Part shown: one piece after another, positions 55,178 to 64,000 of the stretch
Layout: each line of letters begins with the position of its first letter
How positions within the stretch are numbered: position 1 is the stretch's first letter
Assembly: GCA_013360195.1 (NCBI GenBank)
Contig: JABWCQ010000011.1
Coordinates: 32,671-96,670 of the forward strand
Source: a bacterium
GTDB taxonomy: Bacteria > Electryoneota > RPQS01
Length of the DNA: 64,000 nt
Direction of reading: 5' to 3'
Program-made: the position numbers and the translations under genes
The notes under the pieces: model-generated
What the model was told of the DNA's origin: nothing
What the model saw: only the letters and a program-made list of their open reading frames with translations
Databases searched by the model: none

Positions 55178-58100
55178 TGTGGAAAGTGCTGGCAAGACTT
55201 CTACTATGGCCGCTAACGCTGGTCGGTGCGCTGCTTGCAGGTGCGTTTTTTTTAATTCAGCAGGAACCGGTACAGCAAGCCGTGGCGAAAAGAGCCTTGA
55301 AGATTCTGAACCGCAAGATCGCCGGCAGCATAGACGTGAAACACGTTTCGCTGAAGCTGCACGGCGCCGTTAACGTTGACGGTTTCGTGCTTCGTGATGC
55401 GGACGGAGATACAATTGCGACTGCTCGCCGCATCGATGCGTGGTTAGCTCCTTGGGATATTTTGCGCGGACGAGTGCATGTGTTGAAAGCCGATATCGAA
55501 GGTTTGAATGCGGTTTTTGCCATGGACTCTTCGGGAAACAACTTCGCCGGTGCGTTTGCGACAATTCCATCACAGCCTGCGGACAGCATGAAGTCGCCGC
55601 TCTGGGTACGGCTTGACAGACTTCACATGGATCTCGATTCCTTGTACGTTCAAGTTGACACGTCCTTTACGAAGTCATTCATTGAACATGCGGTTGAGGC
55701 GGACGTTCTGTTGACGGATTCTGTCATAACGTATGCACTCGAAATTGTAAAGGAAACAGATTTCCGCTTGTCGAGCGAAGGAGTTGTCCGCGTGAATTCG
55801 GACTCGCTGTTCGCCGGCGAAGTGCATTTTGACGGCTCTTCTGCGTACGTGCGGGACAATTGGGCTCCCGACCTGCCTGATCTTGGCCGCATTGAACTGT
55901 CAGCAAAGGCGGATGTTTTCACGCGAGATCTTGTGTCCCTCTTCAAGATCGAGCTCTCTAAAGTCGGTTCGCTCGGCGGTGACATCGAAATTGATGACTT
56001 TGCCGGAAGGCCGCGTGTTTCTCTCGGCGCAACCTTCACAAACATTGATCTCTCAGCATGGATTGGCGATTCGGTCGCACATCAATTCAACGGTCGAGTC
56101 GCTGTGGTCAAGAGCGAGTCGCAATCATGGCTGTACGATTGGACCGGCCGCGTCGAGTTGGACAGTTCCTTCTATGACAGTATCGGGATTGACGCAGAAC
56201 TCGAAACCGAACTCTTCGCCAACAGTGCCGCACTTGCCGGAGAGATTCGCACGAACGCCGGACAATTTGATGTGCGGCTGTTCTGCGAGGGGCTGAGTCC
56301 TGATTCGCTATCGCTTTATGGCCGCGCGGTTTTGTCAAATGCGAAGGTGCATGAGCTTGTTGCGGCCGTTCCTGATTCTCTGTCTCCGCTTTCCGGAACC
56401 GCAGAGTTTTCACTTACACGAGTTGTGCCCGATGAGCTTGAACTTGACGCCGTACTCGCACTCGGCCCGCTCTCTCTTGGACGATACAAACTTGACAGTC
56501 TTGCGTTGCATGCCGCGGTGCACGGCACTGAGTTTACACTCGACTCTACGCGTCTGCGTCTCGGCTCTGCTCATGCTTTGCTCGCGGCGCGCGGTGATTA
56601 TACCAAGAGCATCACAACGGAAGTTTCGGCTGAAATCCCTGCAGTAGAGGAGTTTCGAGATTTGCTTCGACCCTACCTGCCACAAGTTGATTCGCTCGCA
56701 GGCGGTCTCTCTGTCTCGGGAAGCGGAGAACTCTCCATTGCTGATGACTCGTTGTCAAATATTGTCGTTCGCGGTCAACTATCCAGCGAAAAACTCGTGC
56801 TTGGCAACACAACCACGCATAATTTGCTGGTTGACTGCACTATTTTCGATTTGAACGGCGAGACAATCGCAGCCGGGATTACTTGCGATTCCGTGCTGGC
56901 TGCCGGAGAAACAATAACTCCGTTTGAATTTAAGCTCAAAGGAAACTGGCTTTCTCCGGAATTTGCCTGTTCGTTTGCCGCCCGTGCGGATACTCTGCAA
57001 GTATCTGCAAATGGCAGCGCGAACTTTACCACTGAACCGTATTCCGTTGACCTTGACGAACTCGAATTGAATCTCTTCAATACGGTGTGGACAAACGATT
57101 TTCCGGTGGCTGTATCCTTTGACAGTCTGCATTATGAAATCGAAGCTCTCATTCTGCGTTCTGACTATGGTGTGCTGCGTGCGACCGGTTATCTCGAGAT
57201 TCCGGGAGAACAGGATCTTGTGATTGAATTTTCGGGCTTTCGAACAGGCGCGCTCTCTCCAATACTGCGCACAGAGATTCCTGACGGACGGCTAAACGTC
57301 CGACTGCAAGTTTCCGGACGCGACACTGCCGTCATCGGTCGTGTGGAGCTTGTCATCGACAGTGTTACCTACAAGAGCGCACATCTTGCCGATGAAATTC
57401 GCTTGAACGCGGACCTCGGTGCTGACGGTACTCTCGATGCGCGGCTGCTCTATCAATGGTATGGGGATACAGCCGCGATTGCTGCAGCGTCTCTTCCAGC
57501 CTCGTTTTCCATGGAGAACGGATTGCGCATTCCCGAAGGTGAAGAGCTCGCAGGCACATTGCAAATTGATTCACTCCCCTTGCAGAGATTCGCTCCATGG
57601 ATGTCAGCAGGGACACTGCTTGATGGCTTTCTGTCCGCAAATCTTATACTCAAGGGAAGCGCTCTTGAGCCGGATTGGGACGGCGAAGTTCATCTGGATG
57701 ACGGGTTCTATCGTGACACCCGTTTCGGTATCGCGTACAAGTGGATTGTGCTTGATGCGGATTTGCGCCGCGATTCGCTGCTCATCAATTCCCTTCGCGC
57801 GACGAGCCGCGGCACGATGACAGGTTCCGGCTTTGCCCGCCTTGGCGTACCGTGGCCTGAAGAGCTTGACATGGAACTCAAGTTCGACAGGTTCGAAGCC
57901 GTCTCTTCCCGCATTCAAAAGGCAAGACTCGACGGTGATCTGGCGCTCAACGGTCCGTTTGACTCGCTGCATGCCGCTGGACGACTGACCGTTCAGGAAG
58001 GCCTTTACCGGCTTACGCAGTCGGCTACCAAAACCATTGAGCCCGTGAATATGGACAGCGTTCTGGCCGTTCTGCGCGGAGACTCTCTTGAGGAAGGATT

Positions 58101-58872
58101 CAATACCGATGCGCTCTACCAATCCATGTCGCTTGACCTGAACGTTGAAATTCCCGGCAATTTCTGGATCCGCGGCGCTGGACTGAATACCGAGCTTTTC
58201 GGCGAACTGCGACTCGAAAAGGATCACTTTCAGGACGCCACCGCGAATGGTGAAATCGCCGTGCGCAACGGTACCGTTAACTTTTACGGTCAGGAGCTGC
58301 GTATCACCGATAATTCCTCCTTCCGCTTTGACGGACCGGTGGACTCGCCGGAACTGAATGTTTCTGCGGTTTATACCGGTGTCGAGCGTGAACGCGGGTA
58401 TGAAGTAACCGTTAAGCTGACCGGCACGCCCGATAAGTCACTTGCGGAGTTCAGCGGCAAATTCGACGACGGGACAGTCATGTCTGAGGATGAGGCAATT
58501 CAGAGATTGCTTCCTTTTGCCAATGTCGGGGACGGCAGCGGATTTGATGCCGAGCAATCCGTTGTCGATGCCGCGAGCGGCCAGGTTTCCGATATCGTCT
58601 CCAAGGCAAGCGGGCTCGATGTCTTCGAATTCCGTCCCGGACCCGGCGGCCTGAGTGATTTGTCCTCGGGACAGCTTGAGCTCGGCACCTATGTCACAGA
58701 CCGGCTGTTCATCCGGGTTTTTCAACCCATTGAAGACCCCCGCGCAGGACAGAAAGTGTCCATTGATTATCGACTGCTCGACTGGATGAAGCTTACAGCC
58801 GAGCAGGAATCGCGCTCACAAGCGACCACGAGCAGTTCGTTCACCGTCTATCTTCAGTTCGAGTGGCGCTGA
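55177..58872 (+). CDS. tamB: Translocation and assembly module protein TamB (AsmA-like, DUF490 C-terminus)
   Basis: ATG 55177 overlaps the upstream TAA (TAATG), and an N-terminal TM anchor follows (LLLWPLTLVGALLAGAFFLI). The protein is ~1200 aa and beta-rich. The C-terminus LELGTYVTDRLFIRVF...IDYRLLDWMKLTAEQE...VYLQFEWR is DUF490-like. Confidence 0.8.
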   Translation: MWKVLARLLLWPLTLVGALLAGAFFLIQQEPVQQAVAKRALKILNRKIAGSIDVKHVSLKLHGAVNVDGFVLRDADGDTIATARRIDAWLAPWDILRGRVHVLKADIEGLNAVFAMDSSGNNFAGAFATIPSQPADSMKSPLWVRLDRLHMDLDSLYVQVDTSFTKSFIEHAVEADVLLTDSVITYALEIVKETDFRLSSEGVVRVNSDSLFAGEVHFDGSSAYVRDNWAPDLPDLGRIELSAKADVFTRDLVSLFKIELSKVGSLGGDIEIDDFAGRPRVSLGATFTNIDLSAWIGDSVAHQFNGRVAVVKSESQSWLYDWTGRVELDSSFYDSIGIDAELETELFANSAALAGEIRTNAGQFDVRLFCEGLSPDSLSLYGRAVLSNAKVHELVAAVPDSLSPLSGTAEFSLTRVVPDELELDAVLALGPLSLGRYKLDSLALHAAVHGTEFTLDSTRLRLGSAHALLAARGDYTKSITTEVSAEIPAVEEFRDLLRPYLPQVDSLAGGLSVSGSGELSIADDSLSNIVVRGQLSSEKLVLGNTTTHNLLVDCTIFDLNGETIAAGITCDSVLAAGETITPFEFKLKGNWLSPEFACSFAARADTLQVSANGSANFTTEPYSVDLDELELNLFNTVWTNDFPVAVSFDSLHYEIEALILRSDYGVLRATGYLEIPGEQDLVIEFSGFRTGALSPILRTEIPDGRLNVRLQVSGRDTAVIGRVELVIDSVTYKSAHLADEIRLNADLGADGTLDARLLYQWYGDTAAIAAASLPASFSMENGLRIPEGEELAGTLQIDSLPLQRFAPWMSAGTLLDGFLSANLILKGSALEPDWDGEVHLDDGFYRDTRFGIAYKWIVLDADLRRDSLLINSLRATSRGTMTGSGFARLGVPWPEELDMELKFDRFEAVSSRIQKARLDGDLALNGPFDSLHAAGRLTVQEGLYRLTQSATKTIEPVNMDSVLAVLRGDSLEEGFNTDALYQSMSLDLNVEIPGNFWIRGAGLNTELFGELRLEKDHFQDATANGEIAVRNGTVNFYGQELRITDNSSFRFDGPVDSPELNVSAVYTGVERERGYEVTVKLTGTPDKSLAEFSGKFDDGTVMSEDEAIQRLLPFANVGDGSGFDAEQSVVDAASGQVSDIVSKASGLDVFEFRPGPGGLSDLSSGQLELGTYVTDRLFIRVFQPIEDPRAGQKVSIDYRLLDWMKLTAEQESRSQATTSSSFTVYLQFEWR

Positions 58873-60143
58873 TGCACAAGTTCATTATTCTCCTATTGTG
58901 TCTCCCTCTCACTCTGCTCTCCGCTCAGCGGGTGCAGGTGTCTGAGATTGTGTTCATCGGCAATCAGATTACACAACAGTGGGTGATTGAAAGAGAGTTG
59001 CGCTTCGATGTCGAGGACAGCGTGTCCGCCGATGACCTTGAAAAGGCCCGGCTGCGATTGCTTTCGCTCGGAATTTTTAACAATGCGCGCGTGGACTTCG
59101 ATGATGAAGGAGTCGTCACGGTGCAGGTCTCTGAGCAATTCCGCTATATCCCTGTGCTCGGGACCGATGCTGTCGAAGGGTCCTTCAATGACGCACTGAA
59201 GGAGCCGTCAAAGCTCATGGACATCGTGGTTTTCACGGCCGGCGTGGCCGACATCAATCATCGCGGAAGCGGCGCCATGGCCGGTGTGCTCGGGGAGTTC
59301 GGAGCACGTTCAGGTATCAGTGTCGAGTATCGCACACGGTGGCTTTCCGCCCGCTATCCGGTCGCGTTGAATTTCGGCGTGCGTTCAATGCGTATCTCCG
59401 ACCGACATGCCTCCGTGCTGGGATTCTCGCGCAGAATGCGTAATGACCGCGCCTTCATTGATATCGCCACACGAAGGGGAGCACCTTCGCGCGTGGGGAT
59501 GCTTCTCAAATATGATCATGTCGAAGAGTCCGAGGACTTTCCGGCCATGGGCAAGTCGTACGACGTCGGCTGGATTGCTCCGTATGTCATTCTCGATCGC
59601 CGTAATCTCGAATGGTTTCCCACGGACGGATTGTTTGCTCGCGGTGACCTTGACGCGGCATTTGGCAGCGAACTTTTCTTCCGGTCGCGCGCCGTGATTG
59701 CACGGTACCTGCCGTTCTCCGAATCCTACCGTGCAGTTACACTCGCAATGCGCGGCTACAGCGGCACGGCAAGTTCAAACACACCGCCGTGGGCGCGCTA
59801 CTATTTCGGTTTTGCGGACAAGTTCCGGGGTTATTCCAGCGAACAAACGGAAGCCGCAACCTATCTTGCCGGTGAAATTGAACTGCGGTTTCCAATCACT
59901 CGTGAATTAACGTACGATGTTCCGCTGGCCGGGCGTTACGGTGACGATATCCCCTTCTGGCTTGGCGGCGCGGTATTCTTCGAGCGTGCACAAACCCAAC
60001 TTGACGGCACCCGTAACGACCTTTACGCGTATGGAGCCGCTCTTCACATTCGCGTTCCCTATGTGCAGGTGCTCGAAGTCAGTGCCGCAGCCAACCGCGA
60101 TGACGAAAAAGAATTCGTCTTTTCAACCGGAGTGAGGTTTTAG
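58872..60143 (+). CDS. Second Omp85 family outer-membrane protein (single POTRA-like domain + barrel)
   Basis: ATG 58872 overlaps the tamB TGA (TGATG), giving the signal peptide MHKFIILLLCLPLTLLSAQ. The POTRA-like segment reads VSEIVFIGNQITQQWVIERELRFDVEDSVSADDLEKARLRLLSLGIFNNARVDF. The protein ends in ...FVFSTGVRF. Confidence 0.7.
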   Translation: MHKFIILLLCLPLTLLSAQRVQVSEIVFIGNQITQQWVIERELRFDVEDSVSADDLEKARLRLLSLGIFNNARVDFDDEGVVTVQVSEQFRYIPVLGTDAVEGSFNDALKEPSKLMDIVVFTAGVADINHRGSGAMAGVLGEFGARSGISVEYRTRWLSARYPVALNFGVRSMRISDRHASVLGFSRRMRNDRAFIDIATRRGAPSRVGMLLKYDHVEESEDFPAMGKSYDVGWIAPYVILDRRNLEWFPTDGLFARGDLDAAFGSELFFRSRAVIARYLPFSESYRAVTLAMRGYSGTASSNTPPWARYYFGFADKFRGYSSEQTEAATYLAGEIELRFPITRELTYDVPLAGRYGDDIPFWLGGAVFFERAQTQLDGTRNDLYAYGAALHIRVPYVQVLEVSAAANRDDEKEFVFSTGVRF

Positions 60144-60144
60144 C

Positions 60145-61119
60145 ATGTACGAATTGCTGCGGCCCCTTTTGTTTTCCGGTGACCCGGAGAAAGTTCATGA
60201 CAGAGTGCTTACCGCACTTGAGATTGCCGGTGAATCATCGCGGGGACGCAAACTGCTGGCGCGGATGGCCGGAAAGAATTCAGCCGCTTCCGTCCGAACG
60301 ATGGGACTTACCTTTGATCATCCCATCGGACTTGCGGCCGGATTTGACAAAGACGCGCGCGCGCTCCCGGCTCTGTTCGCGCTCAATTTTGCTTTCGTTG
60401 AGATTGGCACCGTCACTCCGCGTCCGCAGCCCGGCAACCCCAAACCACGAATGGTCAACGCGATGGGTTTTCCCGGTGAAGGTATGCATGCGGTCAAGCG
60501 CAGGTTGATCTCGCTACTTGAGCGCGAACTTATCACCCGGCCCTACGGTATCAATATTGGCAAAAATGCCACTACTCTGCTGGAACAGGCGTCCGATGAC
60601 TATCAAGCCGTTCTACGCGAACTGCTCAACTTCGGCGATTATTTTGTCGTCAATGTGTCTTCGCCGAATACACCCGGGTTACGCACATTGCAGAAGCCGG
60701 ACTCTCTGCGCCAGTTGCTGTTCCCGCTGATGCAAATGACAAAGGGCAGCAAACCGCTGCTGCTTAAAGTCGCACCGGACTTGACGGATGATGATTTGAT
60801 CACCGCAGCATCCGTGGTCACCGAATTGGGTCTCGCTGGCATGGTGTGTGCCAACACGTCCATTCGTCGTGAGATGGTTCCGCGAGCCGCAACTCTCGAC
60901 CGCGGCGGACTCTCGGGCTCACCAATTTTCCCACGAACGGTTGAGTGCGTGAGTATTGTCCGCCAACACTTGGACAAAAATGCAACCATCATCGCCGCAG
61001 GCGGCTTAGATTCGCCGGAACGTGTGCATTTCGCACTGTCGGCCGGAGCAAATCTCATTCAAGTCTACACTCCGTTTGTCTATCTTGGACCGCGAGTTGT
61101 AAAAAAACTATTGGGGTAA
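60145..61119 (+). CDS. pyrD: Dihydroorotate dehydrogenase (quinone), class 2, divergent
   Basis: Motifs GLAAGFDKD, EIGTVTPRPQPGNPKPR, GINIGKN, VVNVSSPNTPGLRTLQ (catalytic Ser), KVAPDL, ANTS and GGLSG. The start lies 1 nt after the previous stop. Confidence 0.85.
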   Translation: MYELLRPLLFSGDPEKVHDRVLTALEIAGESSRGRKLLARMAGKNSAASVRTMGLTFDHPIGLAAGFDKDARALPALFALNFAFVEIGTVTPRPQPGNPKPRMVNAMGFPGEGMHAVKRRLISLLERELITRPYGINIGKNATTLLEQASDDYQAVLRELLNFGDYFVVNVSSPNTPGLRTLQKPDSLRQLLFPLMQMTKGSKPLLLKVAPDLTDDDLITAASVVTELGLAGMVCANTSIRREMVPRAATLDRGGLSGSPIFPRTVECVSIVRQHLDKNATIIAAGGLDSPERVHFALSAGANLIQVYTPFVYLGPRVVKKLLG

Positions 61120-61122
61120 GCG

Positions 61123-61641
61123 ATGTATCTCCTCCTTGTGCTTGCGCTGTTATGTCTTTCGTGCAACAAACCCGATCATTCGCAGCCCGGGCTCCAGCGC
61201 GTGCCCGTCACGTCCAAAGATGACTCGCTTTTCCTTGCCGACGATTTTGAAGAACTCGGGTGGGACCAGTATTCATACGAAGATTATGATTCGGGTCTTG
61301 TGCTGTTTGATTCGGCTTTGAAGTATAATCCTGAGCATTCGCAGGCATGGCATGGACGCGCGCTGATGCTCGACAACTTGCAGCGCGACGCCGAGGCGGA
61401 AATCGCCTATCAAAACGCCGAAAAGTTCAACCCGCGCAACAAACAGGCGATCTGGCACCTTGGCTGTATGTACGCCAAAGCCGGACGAAAAGAGAAGGCG
61501 CTTCGTCAACTTCGCACGGTTGTCGCTCTTGATTCAAGCTACGCGATCGGCGTGCGAACTGAAGAGTGCTGGACATCCCTCTGGCATGACACCGACTTTC
61601 TTGAAGTCGTCGGTATGCTCGAGCCACTGGGGACAGAGTAA
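61123..61641 (+). CDS. TPR repeat lipoprotein
   Basis: 172-aa ORF with lipobox LLCLSC. TPR units are YDSGLVLFDSALKYNPEHSQAWHGRALML..., AEIAYQNAEKFNPRNKQAIWHLGCMYAKAGRKEKA. Confidence 0.7.
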   Translation: MYLLLVLALLCLSCNKPDHSQPGLQRVPVTSKDDSLFLADDFEELGWDQYSYEDYDSGLVLFDSALKYNPEHSQAWHGRALMLDNLQRDAEAEIAYQNAEKFNPRNKQAIWHLGCMYAKAGRKEKALRQLRTVVALDSSYAIGVRTEECWTSLWHDTDFLEVVGMLEPLGTE

Positions 61642-61665
61642 CATAGTCAGAAACGTCGCAAAGAA

Positions 61666-61692
61666 AAGCCCCCGGCTATGTGTCGGGGGCTT
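61666..61692. terminator. Bidirectional intrinsic terminator between convergent operons
   Basis: AAGCCCCCG (61666-61674), 9-nt loop, CGGGGGCTT (61684-61692). An A-run lies upstream, which is a U-run for the minus-strand pepF transcript. Confidence 0.75.
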
Positions 61693-61712
61693 CTGATTCC
61701 GTTGAACCCGGT

Positions 61713-63659
61713 TTAGAGATTCGAGCGTTTCTTGCTCTTTTCCTTCCGGTTCTCTGGTTCATTTGCCTTCGCGCCGCTCTTTCCCTTCAAACTGCCGTTT
61801 TCAGCAAGCAGCACTTCAAGCTGGTCAACATACTCCGCAAACTTCTTCATCGCCGCTTCAATGGGAGCAGGAGAGGACATGTCAATTCCCGCACCCTTCA
61901 GCAAATCGAGCGGATATTTCGAGGAACCTCCGGCCAGAAATCCGAGGTAATCCTGAAGCTCCTGCTCGCCGCCTTTCGTCACACGGTCGGACAAAGCCAG
62001 CGCCGCGGCCATGGAGGTCGCGTACTTATACACGTAGAAGTTGGAATAGAAGTGCGGAATGCGCAGCCACGTGAAGTCATACTGCGGATCCATGGCGACT
62101 TCCGGTGCATAATAGCTCGCCAGAATGCCGCGGTAAAGTTCGTTCAAAGACTCGGCGGTCAGAGGCTCGCCGCGCTCGTACTTGCGGTGCATTTCAAGCT
62201 CAAACTCCGCAAACACCGTTTGGCGAATAATCGTTCCATGAATATTGTCAATGAACTGATTCACATAGATGAGCCGCTTCTCCGGATCTGTTTCCGTCTT
62301 CAGCAAGTGATCGATCAGCAGCGCTTCGTTGAACGTCGAGGCAACTTCAGCAACAAATATCGCGTAGTCCGCGTAAATCTGCGGCTGATACTTGTATGTG
62401 TACCACGTGTGCATTGTGTGGCCGATTTCGTGGGCATTCGTGAACACGTCGTCCAATGTGCCGTGATAGTTCAGCAGCATGTATGGATGGCTCTTGTAGC
62501 TGCCCCATGAATACGCCCCGCCGCGTTTGGCCGGAGTCTCGTATACATCCACCCAGCGATTGTCATAGGCATAGGCCAGTGCGTCACCGTACTCCTTGCC
62601 CAGCGGCTTCAGTGCTTCCTTAATGGTTGCGACTCCGGCTTCGTACTCCCATTCCGGCGCATCACCGACGATAGGCGCGCTGAAGTCGTAGAAGTGAAGC
62701 TCGTCCAGGCCAAGCGCTTCGCGGCGCAGCCGGACGTACTTCTGCAGCGGCTCAAGATTCGCCTTCACCGTTGATATCAAATTCAAGTAGACCGTCGTGT
62801 CCACGTTGTCGTTGTCCACTGCCATATGCAAAGCCGAATTGTAGCCGCGGGCGCGCGCCTGAAAAACCTCGGCAGCAACGTTCGCTCCCATCAGGCTGGC
62901 AAACGTGTTCTTGTATTTTGCATATTCGTCATGCAGGGCAATGGCTGCGTCGCGACGAACCTTCGGATTCGTCGTTTCCATCAAGGCCCGATAGCGCCCT
63001 TCGGTCAGTTTCACCATTTTGCCGTCGGGTCCCTTGATTTCGGGAAACTGGATGTCCGTGTTACGCAGCGCTTCCGCAGCCGACTCTGATTGCGTAATTA
63101 TCTCGCTGGCCATTGACATCAGCTTCTCTTCTTCCGGCGATAACACGTGAGCCTTCTGGCGAAGTTCGTTGCTTATGTATTGCTTGTAAAGGTCAAGTCC
63201 CTTCACATCCTTGTACCACTTGTCAAGTGATGCCTGCGGAATTGAGGTCAGCTCCGGTGAAAACCACGACAAAGCGGCGCCCATCTTCGCACTGATAACA
63301 TCCGCGCGATCGCGCAGGGCGATGTAAACCTGGTCCCGCGTGTCCAAGTGATGTGACATATTAGCATAGGTGTACAGATTCTCGCTGTGGCCACCCACCT
63401 CAACCATCAAATCCAAAAAAGCCTTCAGGTCCTTGCCGGACTTGCTGACCTTGCCCTTGAAGGCTTCGAGTTCGGGAATCTTGCTTTCAATCCATTCGTA
63501 ATCGGCCTCCCAAGCCTCATTACTCGGGTACATTGCCGTCAAATCCCACTTATACTTGGTTTCGACCTGCGAACGCTCCAACTCTGAAGCCTGAGCGACC
63601 CATGCCCAAGCCAGAAGTGCCACCATAACCCCGGTCATCCGGACGGTCCTACGATTCAT
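61713..63659 (-). CDS. pepF: M3B family oligoendopeptidase F with N-terminal signal peptide and Lys-rich C-terminal tail
   Basis: 648-aa ORF with the HEIGHTMH zinc motif plus a downstream E ligand region (FVAEVASTFNE). AAGGAG lies upstream of ATG 63659. The N-terminus reads MNRRTVRMTGVMVALLAWAWVAQA. Confidence 0.85.
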   Translation of the reverse strand: MNRRTVRMTGVMVALLAWAWVAQASELERSQVETKYKWDLTAMYPSNEAWEADYEWIESKIPELEAFKGKVSKSGKDLKAFLDLMVEVGGHSENLYTYANMSHHLDTRDQVYIALRDRADVISAKMGAALSWFSPELTSIPQASLDKWYKDVKGLDLYKQYISNELRQKAHVLSPEEEKLMSMASEIITQSESAAEALRNTDIQFPEIKGPDGKMVKLTEGRYRALMETTNPKVRRDAAIALHDEYAKYKNTFASLMGANVAAEVFQARARGYNSALHMAVDNDNVDTTVYLNLISTVKANLEPLQKYVRLRREALGLDELHFYDFSAPIVGDAPEWEYEAGVATIKEALKPLGKEYGDALAYAYDNRWVDVYETPAKRGGAYSWGSYKSHPYMLLNYHGTLDDVFTNAHEIGHTMHTWYTYKYQPQIYADYAIFVAEVASTFNEALLIDHLLKTETDPEKRLIYVNQFIDNIHGTIIRQTVFAEFELEMHRKYERGEPLTAESLNELYRGILASYYAPEVAMDPQYDFTWLRIPHFYSNFYVYKYATSMAAALALSDRVTKGGEQELQDYLGFLAGGSSKYPLDLLKGAGIDMSSPAPIEAAMKKFAEYVDQLEVLLAENGSLKGKSGAKANEPENRKEKSKKRSNL

Positions 63660-63717
63660 GCCTGCTTGCTCCTTGCGGATTGAACTATGTTAGAAATGCT
63701 TGCTCTCGCTATCATAT

Positions 63718-63746
63718 TAGAGACTGCATACTAAGCCCTTTGTGGC
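63718..63746 (-). promoter_or_regulatory. Possible promoter of pepF
   Basis: On the minus strand: TTGCAA (63746-63741), 17 nt, TAGTAT (63723-63718). It ends 59 nt upstream of ATG 63659. Confidence 0.3.
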
Positions 63747-63958
63747 AGAGTTGCAAGGGGGAATTCCAGATTTTTATATGTGACAAGGTCACTCCTTTGT
63801 TTATTCACTATTTAGACATATCTTTATGTATAATTTACTTCACAGGAGAGGCACGAAATCCGGTACTAATTGTTAACTTTCAGTTCATGTGTCGATTTTC
63901 AAGACTTTTACGGATGGGTCAGTTCTCTAACTTTTATGCGATTTGGCAACTTCGACTC

Positions 63959-63987
63959 TTGACTCAGGAATTCATCATTCCCATATT
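63959..63987 (+). promoter_or_regulatory. Possible promoter firing rightwards out of the window
   Basis: TTGACT (63959-63964), 17 nt, CATATT (63982-63987), in an AT-rich non-coding stretch at the window edge. Confidence 0.25.
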
Positions 63988-64000
63988 ACCCGTGAATGGC

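Noticed and set aside
63886-64000. Open frame from ATG 63886 to the right edge (MCRFSRLLRMGQFSNFYAIWQLRLL...)
   Set aside because: It has no SD and lies in AT-rich sequence. It also contains what looks like a promoter (63959-63987) within it. It cannot be supported from 38 codons.

Overview
This 64-kb window is a densely coding chromosomal segment of a Gram-negative bacterium. It is probably an uncultivated member of the FCB superphylum. Three proteins end in the NPFNPxT...K type-A T9SS (Por) sorting domain, yet promoters look like classical TTGACA-N17-TATATT rather than Bacteroides-type. I call 54 CDS. I saw no rRNA, tRNA, CRISPR array, transposase or integrase. From left to right the window contains: (1) a truncated C25 (gingipain-like) peptidase gene that the ORF track misses, an S9 peptidase, and spmAB-like genes. 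(2) A 12-kb neighbourhood rich in Fe-S enzymes: ispG, an FNR-like reductase, a NifU-like protein, system II cytochrome c biogenesis ccsB/ccsA, dxs, ispH, a BNR protein, lipA and an IscA-type carrier. A low-GC orphan PD-(D/E)XK gene and a cupin gene are inserted here. (3) Two small low-GC genes (B3-like and DUF2480-like), followed by a complete tolQ-tolR-tolA-tolB-pal-cpoB cluster. (4) An AI-2E transporter. (5) A long minus-strand block: DUF502, ftsB, eno, a YhaM-like HD nuclease, a TPR protein, a FadL/PorV-like barrel, two lipoproteins, argF, an M14 carboxypeptidase with a T9SS tail, and a 1041-aa T9SS cargo protein built from about 16 W-x-D-x-R repeats. (6) A secreted SRPBCC/dienelactone-hydrolase fusion that lacks its catalytic Cys and His. 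(7) A Cys-rich secreted protein co-transcribed with a beta-helix T9SS cargo protein. (8) A macA-macB-like ABC efflux operon extended by GNAT and S9 peptidase genes. (9) An orphan two-gene operon encoding an 858-aa tail-anchored coiled-coil protein and a 517-aa dynamin-like protein with degenerate GTPase motifs. This is my best candidate for an undescribed system. (10) A TamB gene bracketed by two Omp85 barrels and translationally coupled to pyrD and a TPR lipoprotein. (11) An exported M3B oligoendopeptidase. All family assignments come from motif recognition by eye; no database search was run.
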